From positions 1 to 45,157 of the forward strand of contig JAUCBJ010005823.1 of the NCBI GenBank assembly GCA_032718475.1: a stretch of DNA of 45,157 nucleotides, in the 5' to 3' direction. The DNA is from Nemertoderma westbladi (Eukaryota > Animalia > Xenacoelomorpha). The translations under genes and the position numbers were made by a program. Shown one piece after another: positions 1-11,517 of this stretch. The notes under the pieces were generated by a model. It was not told where the DNA came from and did not search any database. It was given only the letters and a program-made list of their open reading frames with translations. The stretch's first letter is position 1; each line of letters begins with the position of its first letter.

Positions 1-162
1 AGTTTGGATAGATTTCATCAAAGATTGGCCGAGTTATTAACGTTTAAAATTGAACACGACAGAACGACAGAACGACAGAACGACAGAACGACAGAACGAC
101 AGGTTGATTAATGGTACCACTACGCTAAGGCTCACTCACTTCGTGGCTCGCCCCACAATAAA
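1..162 (-). mobile_element. End of a DINE-1/Helentron-like non-autonomous repeat with an (ACGACAGA)n microsatellite at ~56-102
   Basis: The reverse complement reads TTTATTGTGGGGCGAGCCACGAAGTGAGTGAGCC...(CTGTCGTT)n. The same TGTGGGGCGAGCCACGAA end recurs at 15564. A T-run, a short inverted repeat and a GTC-type microsatellite form the DINE/HINE layout; the family call is inference. Confidence 0.4.
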
Positions 163-504
163 TTGGGACCCGAAAAATTACTATTAGAAAAATAGACGAT
201 ATTTTCTTACTATTAATAGTAATATGAATCATTATATTATAATTACATTATATAATAATTATACATTAAATCTAATAGTATATTATAAATAGTAATTAGT
301 ATATAACAATTTATATATACAATATAATAAGTAAATAGTAATTATACATTATATTATTATGTAATAGTAATGGTAAGAAAATCAATTTTTTTGTATAACT
401 TGGGGCACTTGACAGAATCGCAATACATCTGGAGGAAAATAAACACAAATATTAACAACTTATTACTGATAATGATGAACAATGGAGACTTAAACTGTTA
501 TAAC

Positions 505-605
505 CTATGCTATTGATTTTAGCTTATTGTTTTGGTTAAAATAACGTGCCACTGTAACCTGTTCCTTTCCCTTAATTGATAATTAACATTGTTCATTCGC
601 CAAGG
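505..605. repeat. Dispersed repeat family A, copy 1 (relatives at ~24590-24690 and inverted at ~25948-26030 and 29625-29705)
   Basis: AGCTTATTGTTTTGGTTAAAATAACGTGCCACTGTAACCTGTTCCTTTCCCTTAATTGAT aligns by eye to AGTTTATTGTTTTGGTTAGAATATCGTGCCACTGTAAACTCCTCCTTTTCCTTAATTTAT at 24601. Confidence 0.7.
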
Positions 606-1146
606 ATTTGCGTCAAGTACAATACCCCCCCCCCCCCCCCCCCCATTCCCACTCCTGTCTCCCGGTGAACTACTGTACGTACTGTAATGTAAGTATGAGA
701 TGTTTCTACTGTACTTTTTGTGTGTTTGTATGGTCACTGACCATACAAACACATAAATAAATACATAAAAATCATAAGCAATAGGGCCTATGACCTGACC
801 ATAGGTCATAGGCCGTATTATTTATTGTTCATAATTCACGAAATTACATTGCAAGAATGCTATGCCTACTTCTAGATTACTCAAGAACTCATAAAAAAAA
901 CGTCTTTATATTATTCTTACGGATTTTACAGCTGCTTTCGATAGAATTAGTCGGCGACAACTGTTTTTAAAGCTTGCTTCAATGGAATGAGGAATAGTAC
1001 TTTTGTTTGCATTGATCGGTATGTATATGAACTCTAAAGTTGGCTCAGAATATTCCGAGATCTCCGAAATGATGTGTGGAATAAGACAAGGTGGCCCATC
1101 GAGTCCAATTTTACTTGTAGCCAAGGCGTACTATATATACAAGGCC

Positions 1147-1535
1147 ATGCCATCGAGTTAACTGGGGGCGGTGACTGGGGGAAGATTTTTTTACAACTAT
1201 TTGATATTTTGATATGGGGAGAGTTCTATAAATTTTCATTTGCTGCAATTTGGTCAATGGACGTAATTGAAGCATCCAGGTTAAGCAAGATACAAAATTT
1301 TATGGTAGCTAGTGTTTTAGATAGGTTTAGCTAGTAATTTCGACACTGGTTCCGACATCCTACTCCCCTCTATAAATATTTTGTAGTAGCTAGTTCTTGT
1401 TACTATTTGTATAGAAAATGTTCCAAAAGATGTTAGCTATTCATTACGTCCATTGACCAAATTGCAGCAAATGAAAATTTATAGAACTCTCCCCATATCA
1501 AAATATCTAATTTAACTCAGTTAACTCGATGGCAT
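1147..1535. mobile_element. Foldback/MITE-like inverted repeat element
   Basis: ATGCCATCGAGTTAACTG at 1147 pairs with CAGTTAACTCGATGGCAT ending at 1535. A ~65-bp perfect inner arm at 1203-1267 pairs with 1443-1507. Confidence 0.7.
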
Positions 1536-1550
1536 ATAACTGGAAATATG

Positions 1551-1758
1551 GCTGGAAATACTATCTGATATCTTGTATTTCCGCAATTTACCTCCTTATG
1601 GCCTCCCAACTGTCAATACCATCATATGCTGCCACTGTGCGCAACCCTATCGTACTTGGCCGTCTTTAACCACTCGCTACAATGAAAGGGTAGTGTACAT
1701 TAACCATCAACCATCACGGCCACAATGATTAATTAAACGCTCTAGCTACTAATTTAGG
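1551..1758. repeat. Dispersed repeat, second copy at ~15822-16065
   Basis: Both copies share CTGGAAATACTATCTGATA...CTGTCAATACCATC.TATGCTGCCACT...CATCACGGCCACAATGATT. Confidence 0.8.
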
Positions 1759-1764
1759 TACGGC

Positions 1765-2814
1765 AAATTTTGGTGCTAGCATGAAATTTTGAAAATCCAT
1801 TCAATAGATAAAATTGCTTGTGACAATTTATTTCTTGCATTTTAGAGGTTTATGGCTGTTCTGAATTCAATGGAATATATAAATTATCGAACAAGACATC
1901 TCAAACTTGTATTTTTCGGAAGTGGGTGCAAAATGTGGTGCTAGCACCAAATTTTGAAAACCATCAAATATATCAATTGATTGTGTCATCTTGTTTCTTG
2001 CGTTATACGGGTTTGTTAGGGTTCTGAATTCAATGGAATCAGTAAAAATTTCATAAGAGTTTTCAAACTTGTATTTTTCGCCTGTGGGTGAAAATTGTTG
2101 TTTTGCACCAAATTTTGGAAAATGAGTAAATTGATCAGTAGATAGCATCATCTTGTTTCTTGCGTTATACGGGTTTATGAGGGTCCTGAATCCGATGGAA
2201 TCAATAAAAACAGCACTGGACATCGCAAACTTGTACTTTTTGTTGATTGGTACGAAATTTGGTGCTAGCACCAAAATTTGCCAAATTGGGCCGAAAAATA
2301 CAAGTAGCAATGATCTGTCATATTTAAAATGTATTCCATTAGAATCAGCGCCCTAGAAAACCTAAAAATGTGAATTTATAGCATCGTATAAGTGAATTAA
2401 AATGTTGTGTTCTGACTGAAAAGTGCTGGTTACTTGTTTTTTTCATTTTTTTCCTACGCATAGAGCACCAAACAGCCATTTATGGTAATCATATTATTTT
2501 TAAATATTTTCCAATGTATTTTGCGCCTCAGAAAACCTGTATTGAAAAACAATTAGCCGAAAAATCTAACTTTCAAATTTTGTGAAAATTGTGCACTACT
2601 TGTAATTTCGGTGCTGCAATATTACCACCCCAGTACATTTTTTCGAAAATTTTTTTTTCGGTCGGATCCAGACTAGTGATACCTACGTACAAACAAAAAA
2701 TCAGACGTTTTCGTTAATATTTGTAGATTTTAGAGGGAAGGGTCAATATGACCCCCCCCCCCCCCCCCCCCGGTATTTGTACAGCATTTTATAGCCCGGT
2801 ACTAATAGGGTTAA
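1765..2814. mobile_element. Degenerate DNA transposon with ~3 internal ~163-bp tandem units (1765-2285) and a piggyBac-like right end
   Basis: GGTGCTAGCA-type anchors occur at ~1772, 1937, 2101 and 2261. The right end is ...CCCGGTACTAATAGGG|TTAA (2795-2814). No left end was found. Confidence 0.4.
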
Positions 2815-3137
2815 CCCAAACAACGCCCTGCCACCTAACTCAAACAACGCCCAGCCTCCTAACCCATCAACACCCAACCTCCTAACCCAAACAATTCCCA
2901 AACTCCCAACCCAAACAACGCCGAACCCCTTAACACAAACAAACCCCAACCTCCTAACCCAAACAACGCCCAACCTCCTAACCCAAACAACGCCCAGCCT
3001 CCTTAAACAACGCCCAGCCTTCTAGCTCAAACAACGCCCAGCCTCCTTACCCAAACAATTCCCAAACTCCCAACCCAAACAACGCCGAACCCCATCCCTT
3101 TAACCCAAATAACGCCCATCTTCCCAACCCAAACAAC
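2811..3137. repeat. C-rich ~24-bp minisatellite (AACCCAAACAACGCCCAGCCTCCT-like), ~13 degenerate units
   Basis: Repeated CCCAAACAAC cores are seen directly. Confidence 0.8.
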
Positions 3138-3287
3138 TGATGTGGTACTGTATTTGGTGTGAAAATGGCACAATGTGTATCACTTGAGTATATACTACTG
3201 TACAGACTCAGTCAGTCAGTATCAGCTGTATAATTATTATATTGTCGTGAGTAATATAATATATAACAACATAATATACATAAACAT

Positions 3288-3476
3288 TGATTATTTACAT
3301 AGCGCTATTCTACGCTCGACATACTCAAAGCGCTTTTATTATCATTAACCCAGAAAAGACAGGTTCTCATTATACCGCTGGGTTGGCGTAGGCACTAATG
3401 TCTAAAGTGTCTTACCTAGGGACACAACAGTGTGAAATTTCTACAGCCTTTAGTCGGATTCGAACCTCCGCCACCA
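3288..3476 (-). mobile_element. 5'-truncated tRNA-derived SINE with an L2-like tail
   Basis: The minus strand shows B box GGTTCGAATCC, a central GTGTCCCTAGGTAAGACACTT (V-SINE-like core) and the tail AAAGCGCTTTGAG...TAGCGCTATGTAAATAA typical of L2-dependent SINEs. Confidence 0.65.
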
Positions 3477-3659
3477 AACACTATACATACTGTATAAATT
3501 TCAAAATGTGTAATTATATTTGTAATTCGTATACAATAATTCTTTTTTACAAAATGACAAAAGGGTCTTAGAACTATTTACAATTATTGTTGACCCTGAC
3601 TCGCCCACAAATAGTGGCATTAAGCAATGGCTTCGCCTACTATGTGGCTCGCAAACGAT

Positions 3660-3770
3660 TGAAACATTGGAACTGAATTAGCTTCCATTGAAAATAAGTT
3701 CGCTTCCATTGAAAATAAGTTCGCTTCAATTGGAAATAAATTCGCATGAATTGAAACTAAGTTCGCCTTT
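3660..3770. repeat. ~21-22-bp tandem repeat (TTCGCTTCCATTGAAAATAAG) x4-5
   Basis: Seen directly. Confidence 0.7.
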
Positions 3771-4749
3771 GAAAATGTACTGTACGCTTGGATCTAAGTT
3801 TGTGGTACCGGGTTAATATAGTCATCCAGGTCTGTTTTTTTAAGACCACAGCTGTTACATTGGCACAATAAGTTGCTGTACAGTAATAATAAATTATGAA
3901 CAGCCGTGGTGTTTAGGTCGCATCGATCAGTCGCGGTTTAGGGCAGCGTCAGCTTCTCAGGGAATGGCTGAGGAAAATAATAACTGCCAATTATTATTAT
4001 AAGAATGAAATGGCAGCAATTATTATGGAGAAAATTTTCTTTGTGAATAACTTCCTGTATTATTTCAATAGTTTTGTACTTTATAGGTCATTAATTTTGG
4101 GTAATGCAGAAAAATTTTCAAACAAACAATGTTTCTATCCTAATTATTCAATAAATTTTCATATAATTTAGTAGAAATTTACAAACTTATTACAATAAAA
4201 ATAAAATGATAGTTATTATAATATAGTAGAATAATATAATATGCGACATGTTATTTTCACGATATTGTAAAAAATGAAGAGTACAGTAGGCCTAGTGTAC
4301 CTTAAACTGTACTGTATACATTACTTTAGGCTGTGGCGGGAAATTAAAAAATTAAAAAATTCTAAAAAAACTTAGGGCTATAGTTCGTCCAGCCAGTCCT
4401 GCTGCCATACTCAACTTCAACGTCGAATAGTTCTCCTGGAGAAGCTCTGCACTCCATCTCAATTTAATTCATAATTGCGGTATTCTTAATAATACATACA
4501 GTATAGTAATTTCAGAATGAAATAAAGAAAGCCAACGCTGTAGTTATAAGAAGTAAAGGACAGCTAAATCTAAATTTAAATTAATTTTAAGTTTCATCCA
4601 GTATTATTTATGATTTGGTTGTTTATGTGAGGATTTTGGAATATCAACTGTATCTTTAAATTAATTATTAATTATCGAAATTGGTGAAAATGTTTCTCGT
4701 ATTGGGGAACTTGATACCTGGCAGTAGGGTTTGTGACTCACAATGTTTG

Positions 4750-5120
4750 TCACATTACTCAACGCCGTCAGTATTAACAGCGAGTTGTTATTTAGAACTT
4801 TACAACATAGGACATTACAGTATTGTATTGGCATGTACATTTAGGTAGTATTGTATTGGTTATGTAATGTCAGGACCGCGAGCTGTTAAGTTACGCTGCC
4901 ATGGTTACCACGTAATCAAAAGGTGGTATTTAATATGAATTGCCTGACAACCAGATAGGCCTACTGTATTACCTACCGGTAAGCGGTATAGCTACTTTAC
5001 AGTGCTCTGATCCTAGTGTCTTTATTTTCACCGACTCACTAACGTTCGTTCGTGTAACAAAGCACTCGGATCATCACACTGTAAAGTGCTACTTTACATA
5101 CAAGTATGTAAATAGTTAAA
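4750..5120. repeat. Diverged composite repeat, copy 1 (copy 2 at ~6943-7560), ending in a palindromic MITE-like module
   Basis: Both copies share ACTCAACGCC..AGTATTAACA.CGAGTTGTTATTTAG, CCAGATAGGCCT, ACCTACCGGTA and CTTTACAGTG...CACTGTAAAG in the same order. Confidence 0.75.
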
Positions 5121-6942
5121 TTATTTTCGCAAAATTAATTACTTTAGCCATCACCCAGTAAGAAGTAGGGAGTTAAAACTATCTCTACTTCAAATTCCAC
5201 TCGATTGGTAGATGGGGGGCGGGGCGGGGGTTGTATAATTTGGAACGGCGCACCAATGGAATGCATGGAATACAGTAGAACATTTTGGCACTAGTATAGC
5301 TTGTGTGACCATTTCGAAACATTGACGTTTTCGTGTTTTTGAGTGGTTTTTGATATTGGTGAATGTTCTAGTAGAATGTTCTAGTCCTAATTCCTTGCCT
5401 AGTAACGCCTAGTGAATTATAGAACCTTTAGTAGATATTTATATGGTAGCTGGTGAATTTCTTACAAGCTAGTAGGGCCTATATTGAAAAAATATATAAT
5501 TATTTTGAGTTTTTTTTTATCTTGGTGAATGTTCTAGAATCTTAGTAGATATTTTGTTATAGTAGCTAGTAATTTTTCACTAGCTTAGTATTTTAAGAAA
5601 ATAAATAAATAACCATGGCCATACTTACTACTATTCCGCAACCATGGCCTGCAGCGAACAATAATTCTTGCAATCTTTGAACGCCTATATCTCAGTTGTT
5701 TCTCAACGAACTTCAGATATTGTTACATATTTGGAATCCTTGCAACGCAAGCTTACTAATGATATAAAAAAATACGATTAATGTGAAAAATGCCAATGAT
5801 ACGGATGGTGCGATTTCGCAAAAGACACTTTTAAAACGCTTATAAAAATAATTCAAAGGTAAAATCGAAAATTCCGGCTTCATGGTAACAACCACGGTGA
5901 GTTGAACTAGTTGTGTTTCAAATGTCAAGCAATATGATAAAGATTTGTAGAAAAATCTGGGGGGGGGGGGGGTCCGTGTCATTAGAAAATGACACTATAT
6001 TACGGGTGATGGTGTATACAATACAATGTAACATTGTTACAGGTATGATGGTTATATTTGTTTTGTAAATCCTATAATGATAAAGTGCACAGGTACACAT
6101 GCGCAACTATTTACACAGTTGTATTTCACAGAGCAAACAAACGTATAAGATAGATAGATGGGGTGATACAATACCAGGGACTAGGAATTCCAAGAAAACT
6201 TAATACTTACCCCAATCGTTTGTTTGGTCTAAGGCCTATATCATTGTTTGCCGACTGCCAGTCATGGTTATCTTATTTCAATCTGATAACAAACAATTAA
6301 ATGACTACTGATTTAATATTGTGTGGCGTATAAGGATAACAGTAATTTTTGATTTGTATTGTGCTAGCTCTTTACATGGTAGTTATATAAAGATTGTTTT
6401 ATTATATTATATTTATTGTAAGCATGGGACGTCACTTTTTTTACAAACAGCAAAACAACGTTCTCAAAATCATTTTTCATCTCAATTGTTCTCAATCAAT
6501 AATAATTTTTAAGACACTATAAATTTGTGGCCTACTCAGATTCACTAAGTAATTCAAGTTCTATTTATGTTAACTGTACCTGAAGATAAATAGCTACATT
6601 AATAAACTATAATTTTCATTTAAAAATATATTTTACTTTTGTAAAATTTTACAAAATACATGATTACAGTTTTATAAAAGTAGATTCTAGAAAGAATATT
6701 CTTGATTTATATCAGTGATTATTATCTTTGATTGTACTCACACACTACATTCGTTCCAGGATATAAAAATAAAATAATAGAATTAATTCTAACAAATTTT
6801 AAAACACTTGGGTGGTAGTGTTTCATGACGGTTTATTATTCTAAAAAACCAATGAACATTTTCAATTCGGCTTTTGGCAACATCAACACGTGTTTGAAAT
6901 TTTCATAATATCTGAAAAACGAAGTAAATTGAAAAAATTGTA

Positions 6943-7560
6943 ACATAACTCAACGCCTTTAGTATTAACAACGAGTTGTTATTTAGCACTTTAGAACTTT
7001 AGAAGACATTACAGCATTGTATTGGCCTGTACATTTGGTATTGTATTTGGTGTTATTGTTTACGTGGTAACCATGACGGCGTTAAGTAATGTCCACTAAG
7101 GGGACATTACTTAACGCCGTCATTGGATACCACCTAAACAATAGGTGGAAATTTGCCTGTCAGCCAGATAGGCCTTCTGCATTACCTACCGGTAGGCGGG
7201 GTATAGCTATTAATAACCAGTAGGGCCTAGCTATATTATTATAACATGGCTCCACACGCCACCATAAATATAAGCTAACTTATTTATAACATAATTTATG
7301 TCATTTTTACATTTATTTATACAGCAACTAGTATAATTTGTGCAGTTTCTATCACTTATAATGTATATATACAATCATTTCGTAATGTTAAAATTTTGGA
7401 ATAAAACTACATACATACTTGTTGCAAAGTACTTTACAGTGTTCTGATTCTCGTGGCTTTATTTTCACTCACTCACTAACGTTCGTTCGTGTAACAAAGC
7501 CACTAGGATCATCACACTGTAAAGTTCTAATTTACACACAAGTATGTAAATAGTTATTAG
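6943..7560. repeat. Diverged composite repeat, copy 2, with hairpins at 7056-7142 and 7405-7557 immediately upstream of the SLC22 ORF
   Basis: ATGACGGCGTTAAGTAATGTCC pairs with GGACATTACTTAACGCCGTCAT; AACTACATACATACTTG pairs with CAAGTATGTAAATAGTT. Confidence 0.75.
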
Positions 7561-7584
7561 TTAATTCCTAATATACTATAGTTT

Positions 7585-9375
7585 ATGAAGTATATGCTAA
7601 TAAAAATGACTGATAACGATAAACTTGATGATTATAATGGTAAGGGATTCGCTGAGACTGACATTGAGCTTCTCCCTGTTGGAACGCAAGCAGAGGACTC
7701 AATTGCCAATGATTTTCAATTTGACGAGATTTGGGATTATGTGGGAGGATTCGGAAAATATCAATGGATTTTCGTGTATTGCCTTATAGTTATGTGTGGG
7801 GCGGCGGTGCCATCGTTTGGCACTATGGAGTTGGTGTTTATGGATGCGAACACTGGTTACAAGTGCGAACTGCCTTCCATTGGATTTAGAGAGGAAATCA
7901 GTATAGATAACATGATACCAATACCAGTCGAAAAAAATAAGTCAGCAGATGGATGCAAGGCTTATGATAGAGGTTCAAATCAGTCGAGCAACTCAACAAT
8001 AACGCTTTATAATTCTAGCTACATTAAAGAAATCGATTGTCCCATTGAGTTTATTAAATTCGATAATTCGGTATTCACAAATTCATTTGTTATGGAGTTC
8101 AAACTAGTGTGCGATAAGCGGGCCAATTTCCAATTCGCTAAGACAGCATTCCTTCTTGGATACATTCCGGGTGCCGCTATTTTTGGGTTCACTTCTGATC
8201 GGTTCGGGCGAAAGACCACAATGTTCATATCGATGTTTTTATTGATTTGTATGCAGTTTGTATTGTTTATTGCTCCATGGGATTCCAAATTTTTTATATT
8301 TCAGAGGTTCGTTTTAGGTATGGGGAATTCCGGAGCTTACAACTGCGGGGTTATTCTGGCATCTGAGTTGGTCGGTAAAAAATTCAGATCAATAGTCGGG
8401 TTATCTTTTGAAGCTTTTTACGGTGTCGGAATGATTATCGCTACCACATGTTCGTACGTATTTCGAAAGTACCCCTGGTACTATTTCCACGTCTCACAAA
8501 TAGTGCCTATCATAGTCTACTTCAGTTACATATTCTTCTGTCCAGAATCTCCACGTTGGCTCGTTACGACAGGGAAATGGAAACGCGCGAGGAAGGAGTT
8601 GTTAAGAATGTCCAGGATCAACAGCAGAGATATACCCAAAGAGTTTATGGATGAGGCTGAGGAAGCTGCTTCTAAAAATAAGATTGAGAAGTCCACCACA
8701 AAAAAGTTTGATGATAATGAAGGCGAAGATAAACATGATAGAGATAGTATGAAGTTTAGCGGTGCTCTATCTGTTGTGAAGAAGTGGTATGTTTGCCAGG
8801 TTTTGTGTCATCGCGAACTGATGACACGGATTGTAGTGATGTCTCTGATATGGGTTGCGTTAGGGCTATGTTGGGTCGGACTTCTACTGGGGGTCTCAGA
8901 TCTGCCGACTGATTTCTTCGTAACTAACATTATTTCTGGGCTTACCGAGGTCATCGCTTGCGTGCTTGGATTTCTCCTTCAAAATAGGGGAAGAAAGCTA
9001 TCGATGATGGGCACTTTGATCTTCTCGGGAGCAGCATGTCTTTCCTGCGCTTGGATTCCACCCGAAGTGGCCTCAGGTTGGCTAAAAACTGGAGTAGCTC
9101 TTGCCGGTAAAACTGCTATAAGCACAGGATGGGCTATGGTCTATGTGTACGCAATTGAACTTTACCCAACAGATATTAGGTCTCAAGTATTGTCTGTGAA
9201 TGGGATTGTATCAGGGTTAGCTGGGGCTACTGTACCCTTGTTGACAATGATGGCTAGTTGGAGTGAGTTGCCTTTCGTTTTATATGGAGCCACTTGTCTA
9301 TTTGCTGGATTGTCCGTACTGCTCTTACCTGAAACTAAAGAAAAACCGCTCCCTGATAGCATTTCTGATGTATAG
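7585..9375 (+). CDS. SLC22 family (organic cation/anion transporter-like) MFS transporter, single coding exon, 596 aa (start may be a downstream Met, e.g. 7606)
   Basis: Diagnostic SLC22 motifs: FDEIWDYVGGFGKYQ, a large Cys-containing loop ending EFKLVCD, SDRFGRK, SELVGKKFR, PESPRWL, ELYPTDIRS and LLLPETKEKPLPDSISDV. About 12 hydrophobic segments. Confidence 0.95.
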   Translation: MKYMLIKMTDNDKLDDYNGKGFAETDIELLPVGTQAEDSIANDFQFDEIWDYVGGFGKYQWIFVYCLIVMCGAAVPSFGTMELVFMDANTGYKCELPSIGFREEISIDNMIPIPVEKNKSADGCKAYDRGSNQSSNSTITLYNSSYIKEIDCPIEFIKFDNSVFTNSFVMEFKLVCDKRANFQFAKTAFLLGYIPGAAIFGFTSDRFGRKTTMFISMFLLICMQFVLFIAPWDSKFFIFQRFVLGMGNSGAYNCGVILASELVGKKFRSIVGLSFEAFYGVGMIIATTCSYVFRKYPWYYFHVSQIVPIIVYFSYIFFCPESPRWLVTTGKWKRARKELLRMSRINSRDIPKEFMDEAEEAASKNKIEKSTTKKFDDNEGEDKHDRDSMKFSGALSVVKKWYVCQVLCHRELMTRIVVMSLIWVALGLCWVGLLLGVSDLPTDFFVTNIISGLTEVIACVLGFLLQNRGRKLSMMGTLIFSGAACLSCAWIPPEVASGWLKTGVALAGKTAISTGWAMVYVYAIELYPTDIRSQVLSVNGIVSGLAGATVPLLTMMASWSELPFVLYGATCLFAGLSVLLLPETKEKPLPDSISDV

Positions 9376-10171
9376 ATTAAGAGTTTACAGTTTACTAAAT
9401 ATAATATGGTGTTGGAATGTTGAGCCGAAATACATACTGTAATACATTCCAATCACCCCAACTAAAGGCGACATACTGAGAACTCAGTATTTTTTTCAAT
9501 GTTCAATATCATCATTATCATTATTATCTTATGCCAAGCATTATTCTGATGGCGTGTTAAACCCCATACTTTAAAGATAATGCTAAAATTAAGGTTTAGT
9601 TTATGGCCAAGGAGGCTACTATAGGCTGTCCCTATTGGGCAAGAACGATGTACACGTGAGGTATATTTCCAATACTCTGTATCCATCTACTACTCACCTT
9701 GCTGCTGAGATATGCGCGGCTCGACCTCAATTGGTATCACCACCGCTTCGTGTGTAGCAATAACGCGTATCATGGTTTCTGACCCATAAATACAAGATTA
9801 TTATCTGTCATCAAATCTGCCTGTAACTCTGAAATATCCTTTGCTATAAGATCATGTTTTTACGTTATATTTGAACTATTTATTTATATTTGCCGTTTTG
9901 TGCTTTCACTATATAAATTACTATGAATTATTGTAAAGGGTTGGGACATAATTTGTTTGTTCAAGCAGGAATTTAGGTTTAGTATAGATCTCCTTTTTTA
10001 TAATTGAAAACCAATGGTATTCGGAATACAATCTGTTCCCTGGTAGTGTTGTTAACAACAAAGTAGGCGTAATAGGTCACAGGCCTCCGTTCTCGGCACT
10101 AATGATCTCTGGTTCCGCACATTGTGGTCTCAATCACACTGCATACATCCTCAAGAAGCGCATGTAAGAAA

Positions 10172-11275
10172 GGAGTCATGCACTAATAACATACCTCACT
10201 TAAATTAAAATACTGAAAATAATATGGTGGTCGTACTCTATCAGCGGACTTTAAGTAATTAATTACAATGAAATATAGGTCTCTCGCTATTAGCGGGCGC
10301 CTATACCTACTTAAAATCTGAATTAATGAAACCGCTAGCGATTGGATACATTAGTTGTATCTAGGCAACAATGTAGCACTGCACCTACTGTAGGCTACAC
10401 CAACATACATATCATACAGCCTGGGCGTAGACGCTGTGCAGACAGAGGTGCCGACATAGGTGCCGACATAGGTGCCGACATAGGTGCCGACATAGGTGCC
10501 GACACAGGTGCCGACACAGGTGCCGACATAGGCATTCAGGTTTCTCTCAATATGTTTATCTCACTAAATGGCTTACTTGTTGTGACGTTATATACTGTCT
10601 ATTTGTAACTTTCAGAAAAATCAAATTCCAAAAGCTTCATATGGCAGACTATCCCCGTCGGAAGTATGCAAAGGTTTAATACGTTAGTGAGATAAACATA
10701 TTGAGAGAAACCTGAATGCCTATGTCGGCACCTATGTCGGCACCTATGTCGGCACCTGTGTCGGCACCTGTGTCGGCACCTGTGTCGGCACCTGTGTCGG
10801 CACCTCTGTCGGCACCTGTGTCGGCACCTGTGTCGGCACCTGTGTCGGCACCTGTGTCGGCACCTGTGTCGGCACCTGTGTCGGCACCTGTGTCGGCACC
10901 TCTGTCGGCACCTGTGTCGGCACCTCTGTCGGCACGTGTGTCGGCACCTCTGTCGGCACCTCTGTCGGCACCTGTGTCGGCACCTCTGTCGGCACAGCGT
11001 CTACGTCCATACAGCCTATACATCTAGCAAGGGAAATTTTTTTATGATGTTTAATGATGTATTGATGTTTAATGATGTATGTTTAATGTAATGTTTAATG
11101 ATGTATATCATTAAATCAGACCTAGCCAATCACAAACGGCTTCATTCTAGCAGCTGTAGCCCATCGCTAGCGACTTCATTAAATCAGATTTTAATTAGGC
11201 ACCCGCAAATAGCTGATGACTTTCATATTATTTGCAGTATTTTAATTGAGTGAGGTGTGCTAGCGCACAACTCAT
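10172..11275. mobile_element. Older MITE-like inverted-repeat element hosting the 10423-11008 insertion
   Basis: ACCTCACTTAAATTAAAATACTG (10193) pairs with CAGTATTTTAATTGAGTGAGGT (~11235). TTAAAATCTGAATTAATGAAACCGCTAGCGAT pairs with ATCGCTAGCGACTTCATTAAATCAGATTTTAA. Confidence 0.65.
10423..11008. mobile_element. Mutator/Foldback-type non-autonomous element with a 9-bp TSD and arms built from 12-bp repeats
   Basis: TSD ATACAGCCT at 10414-10422 and 11009-11017. Termini are GGGCGTAGACG / CGTCTACGTCC. The arms carry (GGTGCCGACA[C/T/G]A)n, ~8 units left and ~23 right, and a perfect inner arm GGCATTCAGGTTTCTCTCAATATGTTTATCTCACTAA. Confidence 0.85.
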
Positions 11276-11517
11276 CATTGTTACGAATTAAAATACAAAA
11301 GTATGGAATACAAAAGTAGTATAGTATGCTTTAGTACCGCTGACCTGTAAACCATCTTCCCATGGGCTTGCAGGTTACCTCCCTACACAGACCACATCTG
11401 ATATCCATGGATGCCAACTAACATCATGTAGAGGATAATAAGATAAATTACACAGCACAGGGAAATAAACCTTCCGTTAAACCTAAATAAGTGAATCTTT
11501 TGAAGGACCCAATTAAG

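Noticed and set aside
1867-2356. 147-aa and 67-aa ORFs
   Set aside because: They lie within ~163-bp tandem units of a non-coding repeat and show no domain.
10342-11027. GADT/SAPV/VPTQ repeat ORFs (antifreeze- or mucin-like)
   Set aside because: These are translations of 12-bp repeats in a TSD-flanked foldback element, open on both strands.
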